64,000 nt of DNA from the NCBI GenBank assembly GCA_010093815.1, contig ML996568.1; one strand, given 5' to 3'. This DNA is from Pseudovirgaria hyperparasitica (taxonomy: Eukaryota). Under the pieces are notes generated by a model that was not told the origin of the DNA, made no database searches, and was given only the letters and a program-made list of their open reading frames with translations. Shown in pieces: positions 37,027 through 50,939 of the stretch. The translations under genes were made by a program, and so were the position numbers. Every line of letters starts with the position of its first letter. Within the stretch, counting starts at the first letter, position 1.

Positions 37027-40000
37027 TTTAGGACCCTATTGTATCGCCAATAGATTAGGTCAATACAGTCCGATAGTCGTCTATTCTGGTTCAACATCAA
37101 CTCACCTTATTCGGACTTGGAGGAAGTGGCGGGGCACAGTCGCTAGTATCTGTAATCATTCAGCATTCTCCACTGCTCGCCTTGCCCTAGTTGCCAACGT
37201 ACCGCACTTAGTCTTCTAAGCTATTGGTGTCTTGGAAGGTTTGGACACAGGTCTGAAACGTTGTTGGTAAAGAGTAAGAGCAATGTGTCAAGAATTAGGC
37301 CACACAAGAGCAAGGAATCAGGAATACGATGATGTTCTCGTCAGGCTTTGGAACTGATGGAGAAAAGACTCGAATGTCTGCGTCGCGACGCCGCTATTTA
37401 TGTCGGAGAAGCAACACTATCAATCCCCCCTTGGAGTGATCAGGACCATTTCTTTTACACATCTTTCGAAGACATATCACCTTCCGTCAACCTTGCGTTG
37501 TCCTACCCCACCCTGAATCGTCCAACGACGTCCAAGCGATTGTCTCGATGACCCCCGATACGCCGCTAGAGGGCCCGTAAATGCCGGATGCGATGATACC
37601 CTAGACCGTGCTAGGTGTTCCAGAGGATGCAGAGAGCCATCGCATCGACTAGGGATCTTCATTCTTCGTGGCTCTTCTGACCGCGTAATTTGACCTTCCG
37701 AGGAGAAAATGCCGCAATTCCTTGTCCTACGTGTTCAGATCCTGCTCAGTTCGAGCAGTGGGGTGGTTTTTCGGTGCTCTGTTGACATATCAAGTCGCAG
37801 AAAATGAGGTTCAAACACAAGCTGGATCCTGGTCACGTGTTTTGATATCTATGCCCGCCCGTGCCGAGACTCTTCTTTACCATCTTGGGCCCGTTCGTTT
37901 CAAATTACTATTGGGTAGTAGTTATTCTTGCTACGTCTTGCCTTCTCTCATTTCAAAACGCTAAAGCTCCGTGGCTGGGATAGATCCAGTGTCGCCCCAA
38001 CCAGGCTCACCGGTCTAATCCGTGTCACCCATAGGTTCATATCACTCTACACTTCTACGAGACTATTCGGCTACAACATCCCTTGATCCTCGACCCCTCT
38101 TCCCGTTGAGCTCGGTTGCCCAACAACATACATTGGACATGACATTGCCAAGATGACCCATGGCATAACTTCGCTGGCGCCGACGGCCAATTGCTCCTCA
38201 CCACCGATCGTCTCCGTATCTGGACTGGATGACAGAGCCCCGTCGGCAGGTGGCTTTTCACTTTCAATCATGACCAGTCTTTAGATCAAGGATCAACAGG
38301 GAAGGGGCATACCCTAACGAGTCACCTTATCACCCACTGCTGCAAGAACGATTCGTGGAGAGTCGGCCCATCACCCTGTGGTGTTGAGTTTGCATGACTT
38401 AAAAGAGCATGGGAGTATGCATCTCGCGTTATAATACTGGGTCACATTCACTCAGCTGATCATTTTCCCGTCCTCGGCTTGGTCCTCCCGCGTCTGGCTT
38501 CGAAGACGAGTTTCTTAGTTCATGCGGGCTGACAGACATCAGGCTCTAGATAACAGGCTTGTGTGGAGTCCATGCAACGTCTGGGCCTTCACGGCTTGAC
38601 GATTCAATCATTTGAGTCCTAGGAGCACGCTATTTTTGCCCGGAGTATGCCCCATCGGAGATCTCTGACGTGGCGAACGCGAATAGGTTGATCTTTGACG
38701 AGCCATTACCCGGGGTTATCCATCTTACAATCGAAATTACAATTGATGGAACGCTCTTCTCCTCCGCCGCGCTTCCCATGCCATATCGAGCCAGGATTAC
38801 AGCGTATCGACTCATCAAAATTGTTACCATTTGATCATTTCCACTATGACTCTATTTCCCGTCAGCGCCTTGACCGGTCACCCCACTGTCAGCCGGCATT
38901 TTCGTAGGTTCAAAGTTGTGGTTTCGGCGAATGACTGAGCCAGAGGTGGCGAGATACATGCAACATTAGCCTTGAGTCCCAGCCGCCAAAGCCGTCTGCC
39001 TGATTCTAAGCAACACTTGCTAGGTTACTCCAGCCAATGTAATGTTGAGCTTTTATGTCTTTGCACATCTTTCTACTTATGTCTTATGTCCAATGACTAG
39101 GTCAAAAGGAAGTGATGCAGGAGTGCATTTGGCGATGTTTTCTTAGCTCTAAACGCGCCAAGACTAAGTGAGAATGAGGCACGGCCCTGCAGTTTTCAAA
39201 ACAATAACAAGCCTGAACGGGTAATGCATGAAATATAGTCTAGCTATGAGCATACTGGTGATGAACTCGCTCAAACGTGGCATACCAGCCCGAAAGCCTG
39301 AGGATTGCCATCAAGCTTCAGTGTGACGGTGACGAGCCGACGTTGAGTTTTACTATCTGCAGGTGCTCGTCTCGCCGGTGCTCCATTCAATCATGTGAGT
39401 GGAATTGAATGTGTGCAGCATGCGCGCAAGATGGCGGATCCGCTTTATGTAACTTGTGGATGAGCGAAATTGCTGACCGTTTTCCGACCTGCCCTCGCCA
39501 CAACAACAAATAAGGATGCCGAATGGGTCTGGGGCATAGATCCAGACAAAACCGGTGCTGAGAGGTTGGGCCGGCTGATAGGTCGGCAGGTGATGGCCAT
39601 CTGGCCAATTGCTGCCGCTCAGATAGTGGAGCGGAATCCCATGCGGCTAGAGTCCAGTCGCATACGCAGACAACATGCAGGCTATAAGCCAGTGGGTAGG
39701 ACAAAACTTTCAGTCTGAGGTAAGGAGTTCTTTTCTGTCTTAAGAGGGTCATCGAATTAGGGGGTGAACGGGCAAGTCTCTGATGTCGATTTTTCATGAG
39801 ATCCTGCTGTATATTTTCCCCATCAGAGATTCAACAACGATACAGTCTTTAAGATAAGTCATGAGTGCTTTCAACGAGCTAAGGAATGGCATGTAAGTCG
39901 GCACACTTGTTGAACCACTTATTCTAGCCTGAATACAAAATGGCTGCCCGCCCAGCCATCCTTGTTCTAGCCGGCACTGTGGCCGACCCTGATGACGAAC

Positions 40001-41229
40001 AGACCCTCCATCTTGCATGGTGTATACCTTGCGTTCTGACACCGCCATTTCAATAGCAAGGGCATCAATTTCTACCTGAGTCGAAGGCTGTGTGTGTCGA
40101 CGTATACGCAGAGCCTCCCCAACAGTGTAATTCAACCCACTGGTCCAAGGGAAGGCAGCTGCTGGGAATGATTTGGGCAGCTATGCTATCAGATTCAAGT
40201 TCCACCAAGACACGAACACACCACAGAGATGGCCACATCCCATCGCAGAGAAAATAGTGCATGAGTCCGGCTGAGAGACGATCCACTGGGACACGAATAC
40301 TAACTCGGAGATCGAGCAGACTACGAGAACCTCTCAGGAGTCAGCCTTCTTACTGTAGTACGTACAGAGGGGTAAATATCAAGCCTAGAGCTTCCGGGTT
40401 TGACCTAGCACAAGGCGCACCGGTATTCACATGCCCACACAACCTGAAATCAAAGGATGCTTAGGCCTCACACTTGTTACCCTCGGACCTTATCTGTGCG
40501 AGTCTGTTCGAAGCCATTAACTCATCTTCCGAGTGCGTACAAATGTAACGTCCACCAGCCAGGCACGGGTTAGAAAAAAGCTACAAGGCTAAAATATGCA
40601 GCTAGGAAGGACTAGGAGGGGGCATTGGCAGGATTTGCTCCTTGTGCCCACAACACCAGAAAACAGCGAGCACGCTTCCGCTCGTGGACGCCGAAGCGTT
40701 TCATTCCCGGTATAAGGACGGTATGTTCCAGTTGCTGCGTTATTAGTAGTAATGTGTTTAGTAGAGACTGTTGGGTCAATTAGTGCGCACATTCCACTGA
40801 GACCTAAAGTCATTTTGAGCCAGTCATGCTGACTGCTTGTGGTTAAAACAACATTGCTATCTGCATACTATCCTAGTATGTCGTCAGATTGTAGCTGTGA
40901 GGTGGACTCCCATTGAGTTCAACCGTGAGTTTGAAAACAATCTCTCTGTCGCTTTTGTGGTTGGGACGAATGTGACATCAGTTTCGGTAGAGCTCACGTG
41001 ACCGTAATCGACACACACCCCGACCCGAATATTGTCGTCCCACAGGGCAGTATACAATGCTATCACATACACCTCAATAAATCAATTCCAACATTTTCCG
41101 TACGGTGTACATATTGACGGTAATACCCCCACAAAGGCTCCACTATACTGTATGTAGAGCGCGGTCTGTGACCCATGCAATATAAGCCATCTGATATTGA
41201 CAACACTATACAGAGAACAACCGGTCAAC

Positions 41230-42993
41230 TTACATCACCGCATGATTATACACCGTTTCCTTTCGGCTCAACCTGCCCAATCTATACTTCCCCCATTCAA
41301 TCAACCTGCCCTGGTATCTTCGTATCAACGACGACCAAGTCCCAACCCGCTTCCTCTCCAGCGCCATATCCGACCTCAATTCATTCATCATTTTCGTCCA
41401 TACCTCGTTAGTCTTTGCATATTTAGGATACATTTCATGGATGCTGTAACTGTCCCACCACGGAAGCTCTCGCGGTAGTTTGAATCGACCGGTTCTCCTG
41501 GACTTCGTCGGCACAGCTTCGCCCTGGGACACCATCCATTGCATAATGGAGTCTTCTACCAAAGACTTGGCATATGTAATCTGGTATGCTGTCGGCCCCA
41601 TGTAGTAGTCGACGCTACATTGGGAGTTCCAATCATCGTATCCCTTTTGCATACGACCCGTAAACACTAGTGAGTCCAAGTCCGAGTACGCCACCCCTGC
41701 CCTAATAGCTTCGACGTGAGCTTTTTGGAGCTCTTCCTCCGCCTTGATGACTTTTCGGGTGAGTTCTGCACCTGTTTGGAGATGTTTGTGGTCGAATTCG
41801 CACTCGGCCTCTTTAGACTTGTTTCGCTCCTTGAAGTGGCTGTATTTCTTTTCTTCGTATTGCTCTCTGTGCTTCTCGAGGTTGAGGTCGGCACTGTGAT
41901 GGGCTACCCAAGCTCCCTGGTATCTGGCAATAATATCGTCCTGAGCTGGTTCAGCCGCAAAAGAATTCGAGTTATGTCGTTCTTTGGTAGGACTAATGGT
42001 CGAGCTCGACTGGTGAGTGGCCGAGCTTCTTAGTTCCTTCTCTTCGTCGTCTATCCTCACGCTCCTTTCTCCAGCCTCTCCTGCTTTGTTTCGCGGTGGT
42101 AAGGTACTGGCAGATCTGATCCTTGCCGATACCATCCATGCCTCATAATCAATCAACCCACAGTCTATAAACACTTTCTCAAGCACATCATTCACTTTCT
42201 CCTGCAATGCAGCCTTCACAAGCTGCAATTCGCCTCGCGCATCTCTAACCTGCTCCAAGTCACATACCACACTTCGCTCTCGAAGTCTCAATGCCTCAAA
42301 CTCATACTCCAGATTCGCGAGCTTAGCTCTATCAAGACCCTGCGTCGCTCGATCGGTGGGAATCTTTTTCTTCTCCAGGACTCGCTTCCGCATGATGATG
42401 CGAGTTATTGCAGCTTCAAGGTCTTTCTTCTCGGCCTTGCACAATGCTTCTTGCTCGTCTTTGATACTGAGCTCCTTACTATAGAGGAAGAGTTTCACGA
42501 TGGCTTGGGCAAGGTCATAGGTCATCGCTAGGCATGCACCGGTAGTACCATCTTCTAACTGGCCGTGGACCATGCGCGCGTATTCCGTAGCATAATTCTT
42601 CGGTGAGTCTTCGAGGTCGAACTTGAACGGCTTGCCGTATAGGGAGCTGAAAGAGTTGTTTTCATTGTGATGGGTTTTCGGAGTCTTTAACCATGGGCGT
42701 GAGTACCGTAATGCATCAATTTGGTATTGGAGTCGAGTTTCGAGGATGACGCGACGGTCATGGATAATTTCGCGCACAAATGAGATGAGATGCTCCATCA
42801 TTGAGTTTACTTGTCGATCGCACGGAGAGCAGTTCAAATCAGAGAAGAATTCGCAGGTTTTGTTGCGTGAATTTGCCCGCAGAGACAGTGCTTTAAGCGC
42901 CTTGCTCGTGGTAAGTTTGGTCTTGTGTTCCTTTGATGTTATCATCAACGCCATTGGCAATCGTTCATGATCCTTCCTTTGTCTTTGGACCAA
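41230..42993 (-). CDS. Hypothetical coiled-coil-rich protein
   Basis: Uninterrupted 587-codon ORF with Glu/Lys/Arg/Leu heptads. The ORF-track start is non-ATG, so the real start is probably a downstream Met (about 42954 or later). Confidence 0.7.
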   Translation of the reverse strand: MVQRQRKDHERLPMALMITSKEHKTKLTTSKALKALSLRANSRNKTCEFFSDLNCSPCDRQVNSMMEHLISFVREIIHDRRVILETRLQYQIDALRYSRPWLKTPKTHHNENNSFSSLYGKPFKFDLEDSPKNYATEYARMVHGQLEDGTTGACLAMTYDLAQAIVKLFLYSKELSIKDEQEALCKAEKKDLEAAITRIIMRKRVLEKKKIPTDRATQGLDRAKLANLEYEFEALRLRERSVVCDLEQVRDARGELQLVKAALQEKVNDVLEKVFIDCGLIDYEAWMVSARIRSASTLPPRNKAGEAGERSVRIDDEEKELRSSATHQSSSTISPTKERHNSNSFAAEPAQDDIIARYQGAWVAHHSADLNLEKHREQYEEKKYSHFKERNKSKEAECEFDHKHLQTGAELTRKVIKAEEELQKAHVEAIRAGVAYSDLDSLVFTGRMQKGYDDWNSQCSVDYYMGPTAYQITYAKSLVEDSIMQWMVSQGEAVPTKSRRTGRFKLPRELPWWDSYSIHEMYPKYAKTNEVWTKMMNELRSDMALERKRVGTWSSLIRRYQGRLIEWGKYRLGRLSRKETVYNHAVM

Positions 42994-44106
42994 ACTACAT
43001 TCCGTTTGCGCACGACATGCCGCATATGCCTCCCTTATAATACTTATAACAAGGCACCCGTTGTCTAATGGAGAACAAAGCCGAAAGGGTTGATAGGCAT
43101 GTTTTAAAGGTGTATTTCGCGACCTTGAAAGATGTTGTTTGCATCATTAACAAAGTATTCATTCTGCAAAATGAAAGTTGCTGTCATCCATAAAGAATAC
43201 TCTTTATAATTCGTATATAACGTCAGAACCTGATATTCAGACGAAGATTACGTGGCTTTTACAGTTTGTACTTGATCGAACGCGATTGTTAGCATTGTGA
43301 CCCGTTGTGATGTTGACCCCTGTCGCCATGGTTGGCGATGCAAGAAAGCGCGATTACTCGACATGGAGATGAGAAAGGAACAGCTATGCAATCATAGATG
43401 CATAAGCTGATAGCCATGCTTTTGACTAGAATACAGAGCGAGCTGTTTACGATAAGGTCATCGGATGTTTCCACCCAGACGGGAAGTACAAATATAGACC
43501 CTCTGCGAAATCGGGGGTCTCTACGGTAACCAGGTAAAATAAGCGTGTTATACAAGCTGCCATCCCCCCTGGCCGGGAGATGCTTACCAGATCATTACCG
43601 GTATATTTTGCTAATCGTATGATCAAGCGTACATTTTCAATATATATCAACCTAGACTTTGTTTTTAGTTCATAATTGATCCTCACCAGTTTGATAAAGG
43701 CTCAGTCTCGCCCAACTATTATCTGTACATTCCAAAACAAGCCAATACTTGTTTGAAGTAGGATGGCATCTCAAAGAACAGTAGCTTATCGCAAACGAAG
43801 ATGGATGAAGCCAACATTGCTCTCTTTGGTTTACAAAGAAATAATCCATGCTCAGCATGGTCAATGAATCCATGGAAGAGTGCACTAACTACATTACAAC
43901 TCCCACCTCCAGCTAGTATCAAGACAAGCAAGACTCGTTCTAAAATATAAAGAAGTTGCCTATAAAACCCAGTAGCTTAAACATCGTAAGTAATCTAAAC
44001 ATCTTGTGTAGAAGACACTGCTGACTAGTCTACAGTAGACGTCGCTCCCATATTATCATCACAGTAGTTTCCCTTTGTCTATGCTTTCAAACCAAGACTC
44101 ATAAAG

Positions 44107-44156
44107 CAGCAACATCCCACCAGCAACATCCCACCAGCAACATCCCACCAGCAACA
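44107..44156. repeat. 14-bp tandem repeat (CAGCAACATCCCAC) x3.5
   Basis: Exact units at 44107, 44121 and 44135, plus a partial unit at 44149. Confidence 0.9.
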
Positions 44157-45860
44157 ACGATCATCGCTCCTACACAGTTCCTGCACTGAAGCTCGCCAGT
44201 GAAAGATACATCATAGACTCCTGCCTGATCGCCGACACTTTGGAAGGTCGAGGATCCTGCGCCCAAATACTCGTTTCTCCAAGTCAACAGCCCAATCCTC
44301 CCGCGTGTCGAAGTCCTGACGTACAAGATTCTGGGTGCATTTGACTCGTACCTCCTTCGACCATTCGTGCCGCGTAAACTCCTGAATCTCACCAGCGCCA
44401 AGTGTTTCACGCGCGCGAAGATGTTCGGTAGGACGTTAGAAGATATGAAGAGTACCGGCGTAATCCAGGTGTGGGAAGGCGTGAACAGCCACTGGGAGAG
44501 CCGTTGGGGACTGTTGAAAGAGAGAAAATGGGTGTATTTCACAGGCGAGGCCAGCATGATGGGGAGGATGAGAATACAGTATGTGCTAGCGCGGACAGGA
44601 TCATATGCGGATATTACTTGGTAATATCTCTTCAATAGGTAACGGAGTGTGATGAGAAGGTGTCTGTACGATTGATCACTTTGGTTGTGGCGTCGAAGGA
44701 GCTTGACGAGGCATATATGGGGCTTTTGAAGAGGGATGACGGAGAATAGCGGGCCTCAATCAATGATTCTGTGCTGCATACTCACTCAACTCTACGTGCT
44801 GAGGCACATCGTCCTTGTTGAACTCCACTACCAGCGAGATCCTAGATTAACAACAGTCCCAAGATCTCCTCTCCTTACAGTCCTTACACTCTTATTCTTC
44901 ATCGTCCGGCATCCATCCGCCACTCCACATACGCCTGCGTACTATTCATCGACTTTCCTCTGTCCCGAGTTGAGGAGTCAGTCGCCGGCTTATTGGTATT
45001 CGAGTCGTCCAGTTAAATGGGTTTGAAATGGTACTACCTTAGGTATATAGAACCAAGAGTGTGTTAGGGCCTGAGCAAGTATGTACCGATACGCTTGCAC
45101 TGTTGGACCCTATTATGGATCCGACCTCACGGAGCTGGATTCTGAATGAAGATGACATATTGGGTGGTTAGCAATTGGAGACGATGTGAGAGGGTTTCTT
45201 AAGCGTCAAGTGTATTTTAATGTACTATACAAAGATTTACCGAGTAACCAGGTAGCAAATAATTTATCTGAAGTGATGTCTTTTCTTCCAAAATACTACT
45301 TATTATACATAGTTTTGTCTACTTCTGACCTTATAGGCTTGGAAATGACACTCATACTCGTGCCTTTAGCTGATATAAACTAATTCTAACTGACCCTACC
45401 CCTATAGGCTTCAAAACATGACATATTACACGTTTTTTTACCATTCTTATCCTCGTGGGCTGCGAGTGTACACGTGTTTCAAGTTTATTCCGTGTTACTT
45501 AGTAAAGTGGCTTAGACTACGTGGTATAATGATCTATCGGTATGATACACATAATATATTGGACGCTTGAGAAACCCTCTGATGTGGTCGCCGGGATTCG
45601 AGCACGCTTGAAGGGGTGATTGTGATCATGTGTGTCAACGTTGCAGATATGACATACACATAGACTAACATACATTACCACTTGCCAGAGGTTTGGCAGG
45701 AGTGACGTCACATTAGCAAGAATCTACGCACGTCATGTGCGTCATCGCGTGATGTTGTGGACAAGCAAGCTTGCTATGGAACAAGCAACGACAGGGGTAT
45801 CATTTGCTCCAAAACGCCAGAAACAACACAGCATGTCAACGAGTGTATGACCGTCCTCGT

Positions 45861-48800
45861 TCAGACAACAGCACCCTTCTGTAGCGCTTCGACACTCCGC
45901 ATACAAACAGCTACATGCCACGGCACCATTCCAGCTCTTGTGCCTTTCATCCCTTTCAACTTCGCCAGAAGTCCCAGTCCACGATAGTGGATCAGAATCT
46001 CCCTCAAGAACATGTCCGCTGTAGCACGGTGTTGCGGTGAGCCTGCGAACATGAATCCACCTGGATTGGGCCTGTCAATGGGACTTGTCGCTGCTGGCGT
46101 TCCAGGCGTGCTCGCCATGCCCATACCGATAGCGACGCCCGCGCCAATCAAAGTATCCTGTTGTGCAAGTGGTGACGACGCCGGTGTCGGTGGACTGAGG
46201 TTACGATTAGGTGCACCAAGGAAAATGAGGTTAACAGCCATGACACGTGGTCCCGAAGGTGGCTCATTATCTGAAGCAAAGGGTGGAGATGTCTGACCAG
46301 GATTCAGTCCACGTTTGATGAGTATACCGCTAGCCAAAGAGGGACGAAAGTCGACGACCGAATTTGAGTTATTTAAACGATGTGCTAGGACCATGCCCCA
46401 GGTCTCATCGGTCACATCGACCAGACGCGCGTCAGGGTCACTCATGAGCTCTTGGGCCATCTCCGAGGGAGTCGCGGCAGGGGTGAGGCTGTAGGGATCC
46501 GGAGATACTCCGGGTTGAGGAGTGTTCACGGTTGTCGCGTGGGTGTTTGGCTCAAAGATACTGGGAGGTTCCTGGAAGGCATGCGTTGGGTATATGGCAA
46601 GGGATGGTTTGGTAACAAAAGATAGCAGGGCTATAGATAGCTGTAAGTTAGTTGGTTGCATGACGAGGGAAGCCCAAACTACGACCATAGTTAATATTCA
46701 TCGCAAGCACAGACCTAAGGTCAACTCACCATCACTTTCTTCGGCGGCCATTACACCGGCGCGAACCAGACATATGCGCCACGTGACTTTCCTCTTTGAG
46801 ATAATGTCGAGAGTAGTCTGCCAAATTTCGCGAGAGATCTCGCTGAAAGACCGACTGTTGCCAACATGATAGGATGCGAAAGCCTGGTATTTGCCGAAGT
46901 TGTCCGTCCACGCTGATGTAACCCAAGCACCATCCATGCTCACTGAATATCCTACATGCATATAAGAGTTCTCGCGTAAGGGATCGGCATGTGGCTCTAT
47001 TGTGTTCTTGAATATACCGGTTCTAGGTAGCGTTTCCTCCAGATGTATAGCCGGTCCTGAGAATATGTGGAGAGGTGAACGATCCCCGCTGAGGCCGGTA
47101 GGTGGGCAACGGTCGTATACCTCACGAGCAAGCTTTGCCATCATACTCGATTCCAGTACAATCGGCGCGTGTTGAGGTGCAAGATACTGGATAGGCAAGG
47201 TCTGTAGGACGATATCGATACAATCTGGACCGGACCCGTATTGCTGGAACAGACCCCAGAATGCTGCAGATATATCCCAGAGAGCTTTGGACGATTCGAA
47301 TGGATTGACTATATAGATCACAAACGTGTTAACTTGCTGTGCGATCTTATGTTCCTTGTGGTGCAGGTCGAGCGCTCCAAGTGTTTTGCCTAATTCGAGA
47401 CAAGCTGTCCTATAAGCAGCCATGGCGGTCTCGTAAGTCGAACTCTGCGATAGGTCGCACGATACTAGACCGTTCTGAATGTTGCCGGTCGTAAGCCCAC
47501 GGAAGTGAGTGCCAAGCTTATAGCCCTCATAAGCCAAGCTAATGTTGTCGAGAAATGAGCTTGCTGATTCCCAGATGCTGTCTTGGGAGGGCACGACGCA
47601 GAATCCCATGACGTTCTTGCTGTCGCTAACAGGTGCAAGGCCAAGTGGTTCCCAGAAGGCAAGTGACGGTGGTAGAAGGTCCCAAAGAGTCTCTGCTCGA
47701 CGCAGCCGTATATACGGGGACGGGATGTGGAATGGCGCCACCTCAGGATTAGCAGAATTTACTGTTCGCCATGCGACCGGTCGATGTTGGGACTTGACCG
47801 ATTGGGATTGCTCAGGGATCGGGTCGTGTAAAGATGCATATTGAGATAAATGGCAGTCAGCGGCAGTGGGAAACCAATTCTTCACAGTCCTGCGCAGAGT
47901 GCCTAGAAGTTCTACTATCGACGATGAATCCAATAGGGTATCGTTGTCAGTATTGTTTCTCGTTTCGAGAGAAGGTAACATTTCTGAAAAAATGAGGTTA
48001 GTTATATGAGCACTTCAAACACCTCTCCACACTGTTTTCACATACGTAAGCAAGATGTGACCACCTGGTCTGAGAAGATTTGAGCTATTGAGATGACATC
48101 TCTCTTTGTGAGTGCTTCAGCATCCAAGTTCTGAGTCGATTTGTTGTCTGGATCTGACTTCAGCGATGGAGGATTCATTGTCCCTTGAGATGAGCTTGAG
48201 ATATTTCCAGATGACGGTGTTGGTGTTGCGGAAGGTGTCGGAAATCCTGCCAGATTCCAATCCCACGGGCTTGGCTCGAATCTACCCAGCTCCGAGGGGT
48301 CAATCTGTTCAGGGTTTAATTACGTTCAACCCGCGACTTTGGGATGAATACTTACCGATACGACAACAGAATCCTCAAATGTATCTGTGTCTCCCAAGTG
48401 TGATACTTCTGAGGGAGAAAGAGCTGAGACAGGAGTTGATCGTTCATCAAATGCTCGCTTCCTCTTCGGTAATGGTACAGGAATAATCATGTCCCCGTCA
48501 AAATCTTCTAGGTTATCTTCATCATTTATTGATGCTTCATCAATCGACGATGAACTGGTAGTGTCGCTCGTATCGACCGCAATATGAGCGAGCATCCCTA
48601 GCTGCACAGTCTGGAACGAGGTGGTAGTATGGCCATGGATGGGTGCTAAACTCTGAGATGGATTGAAAGCAGCGTGTTTCTTCGGGAACTGATCGTCTTC
48701 TAGAGCCGAGGATGCAAAATTGAAGCGACCGGACAAGTACTTATCATCGGACAAATTCAGCTTGTCAGTGAAGTTGATCGGGTCAAATATACTCTCCTTA

Positions 48801-50939
48801 CGAGGTACCTCGGCAGTTCCACGGGACGAGGGCGGATATTTGAGCTGCGAAGGGTGTCGTAGCACCTTACGAGCAGTGGTCACGCTCGGGGAGCGTTGGC
48901 GCCGGTTGTTCGGTCCAATACCAGTGCGTGGTAATGGGTCTGCTTGAGCATGTGTTACGTTGACTGGCTCGATTTTCAAGTACGCATGAGCCTCAGTATC
49001 CTCACTAGCGGGATCTGTGACAGTGAGCGCATGATCATCGTCCAAGTTTTCTAATTTTATCGGAGCCTGACTTGATCGAGAGATGGGGTCCGACTTAGGG
49101 TCAACCTCACGAATGTCGGGGACGTCCATCATCTCATCATCATCTGGCTCGTCGAAGAAGCTGAAGTCGGCATCGGTAACATTATTTCCAGTAAACTCGT
49201 CTTCGTCCGTGTCTTCAAACAAGTCGTCGGCATCGTCGCCAACCATAGCATGCTCATTCGCTTTTTCCGGACGTGCAAGCTCTCGGTCCGCATTAGGAGC
49301 GTCGATGACATCAGATATCACTGGGTCGCTCTGGCTGGGCAATATGGGCGTTGCCAACGCGGTAGGATTTGTTTGGTCATTGCTTATAATGCCAGCAGAG
49401 TTGGGAGGGCCTTCCGTGGTGATTGAGACTCCTGTACTAGGGTTTAGTATACCGTCTGGTGGCGTGGGATAAACCCCTCCACCTGCATGCATATCCCCAA
49501 GCACCCCAGCACGTAGATAGAGGGGAGACGATGGTCCGGGTCCAAACGAGATGTCTATAAGGGGAGGTACTGAAAGCTTCCCGATTCCCCGCGGCTGTTG
49601 GAGAATTATCTTGTTTGAATTACGTTCTGCCGAGTCGGCAAGCCACTTTCGAGCAGTCTCCAGGCAATCTGACGATCCAATTGACGCTGCCAGAATCGAT
49701 CCCAAACCCCCATCGCTCTGAAGTGCATCGCTATCAGCTTCCGAGACACAGGAATGGTGTGCATTGTTGCCATCATACACGAAACACAAAGCCCTAGGCC
49801 ATAGTAGGTAACTGGTGATGTTGGTATGCGACTTTGAAGTCACATCTTTCCGATTTTCTAGGCCAATCCGGGCCCAGCTAGTGCTGTCATCTAGAGCAGC
49901 TAGACGAATACCAATACTTTCAAGCCATGCTTCAACCATGTTCTTCCATTCAGATGATTTATCATCTAGGCTTTGTCGACGGCAACGTTTTCTGCGGGAC
50001 TTCTCGCTTGGTACGTTACTACCTAGAGACCCCTTGAGGATTTCGTTGGGTGTTATTGTGCCAACCATACCGCTGGGAGCGATGCGAAGGTATAATTTCT
50101 TTGGGGCGTCCTTCTCGCTGAGAAGTAACGAAGGCAGAGGAACTATGCAATTATTCTTGAGAAACGACCAATACACAATTAGATTCCCAGAAGAGCCCCA
50201 ATGCACATCAAGTGTAACTAGGAGTACTGAAGTAGAATCCGAATCGTGTGTAGCCGTGGGCTGGCTGTCGAATACAAATGTGCGGGCATTTAAAGGAATC
50301 AAATTGGCCTCATCCTTCAGGTCATACGCCAACGATCCAATCACGGCAGAAAGGAAGAGTTCGTATACGGCTAAAGTATCGATTGGACGCTGCTCGTGAG
50401 TAGTGAAGAGAATAGCGGTGGATGCTCGAGGGTTTGCAGTATGAAGATGGCGAGGAGTAGACAAGGTCCCTTGTGGAAAGCCTCTTTTTGGAAATGTCAT
50501 TAGCTCTGTAGCTTTGATTTGTCCCTGTGATGAAGCTGAATTGTGTCAGTACCGCGGATCTTGCCAATGCAGGCAACCTTGAAAACGTACGAATCAAATC
50601 AAAGCCCAACATCTTCGCAATCCTCTCTGGCTCGGCCAACTGTAAGTAGGCATCATGGTCAGAATCGCCACTCTTAAAGAGCCAAAGTAATGACCGGCCC
50701 GGGTCTCTTGCGACTAGACGACGGGTGTTTCGTAAGGCGGCCTCTACGGTTTGCAGCCCATCTCGAGCACTGTTCTTAGGTATGCCTGTTGGGGGTTCCT
50801 CCAATTGTCTCACGACGACAGTTTGATAGTACACAACATCGATACCACCCTATATCACCCGTCAGTTTAGGTGTGACTATGCACAGGCGAAACTCACAAT
50901 CGCTTGCGCATTCGTTGGGCAAGCTTTGAGATGTTCCAT
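45861..50939 (-). CDS. MED13: Mediator kinase-module subunit 13 (Med13/Ssn2/Srb9), multi-exon
   Basis: Start MEHLKACPTNAQAI|; LIPLNART, LLWPRALCF, GVYPTPPDG, VTDADFSFFDEPD, FWEPLGLAP, LAREVYDRCP, MHVGYS...WVTSAWTD; C-terminus LREILIHYRGLGLLA...VPWHVAV. Confidence 0.92.

Noticed and set aside
45060..45420. Possible structured RNA or snoRNA host (ATACGCTTG/CAAGTGTAT stem, splice-like signals on both strands)
   Set aside because: No properly spaced C/D pair with an identifiable guide and no TPP-riboswitch consensus; equally consistent with a decayed minus-strand gene.
49083..50399. 129-aa and 194-aa plus-strand ORFs
   Set aside because: Antisense shadows of MED13.
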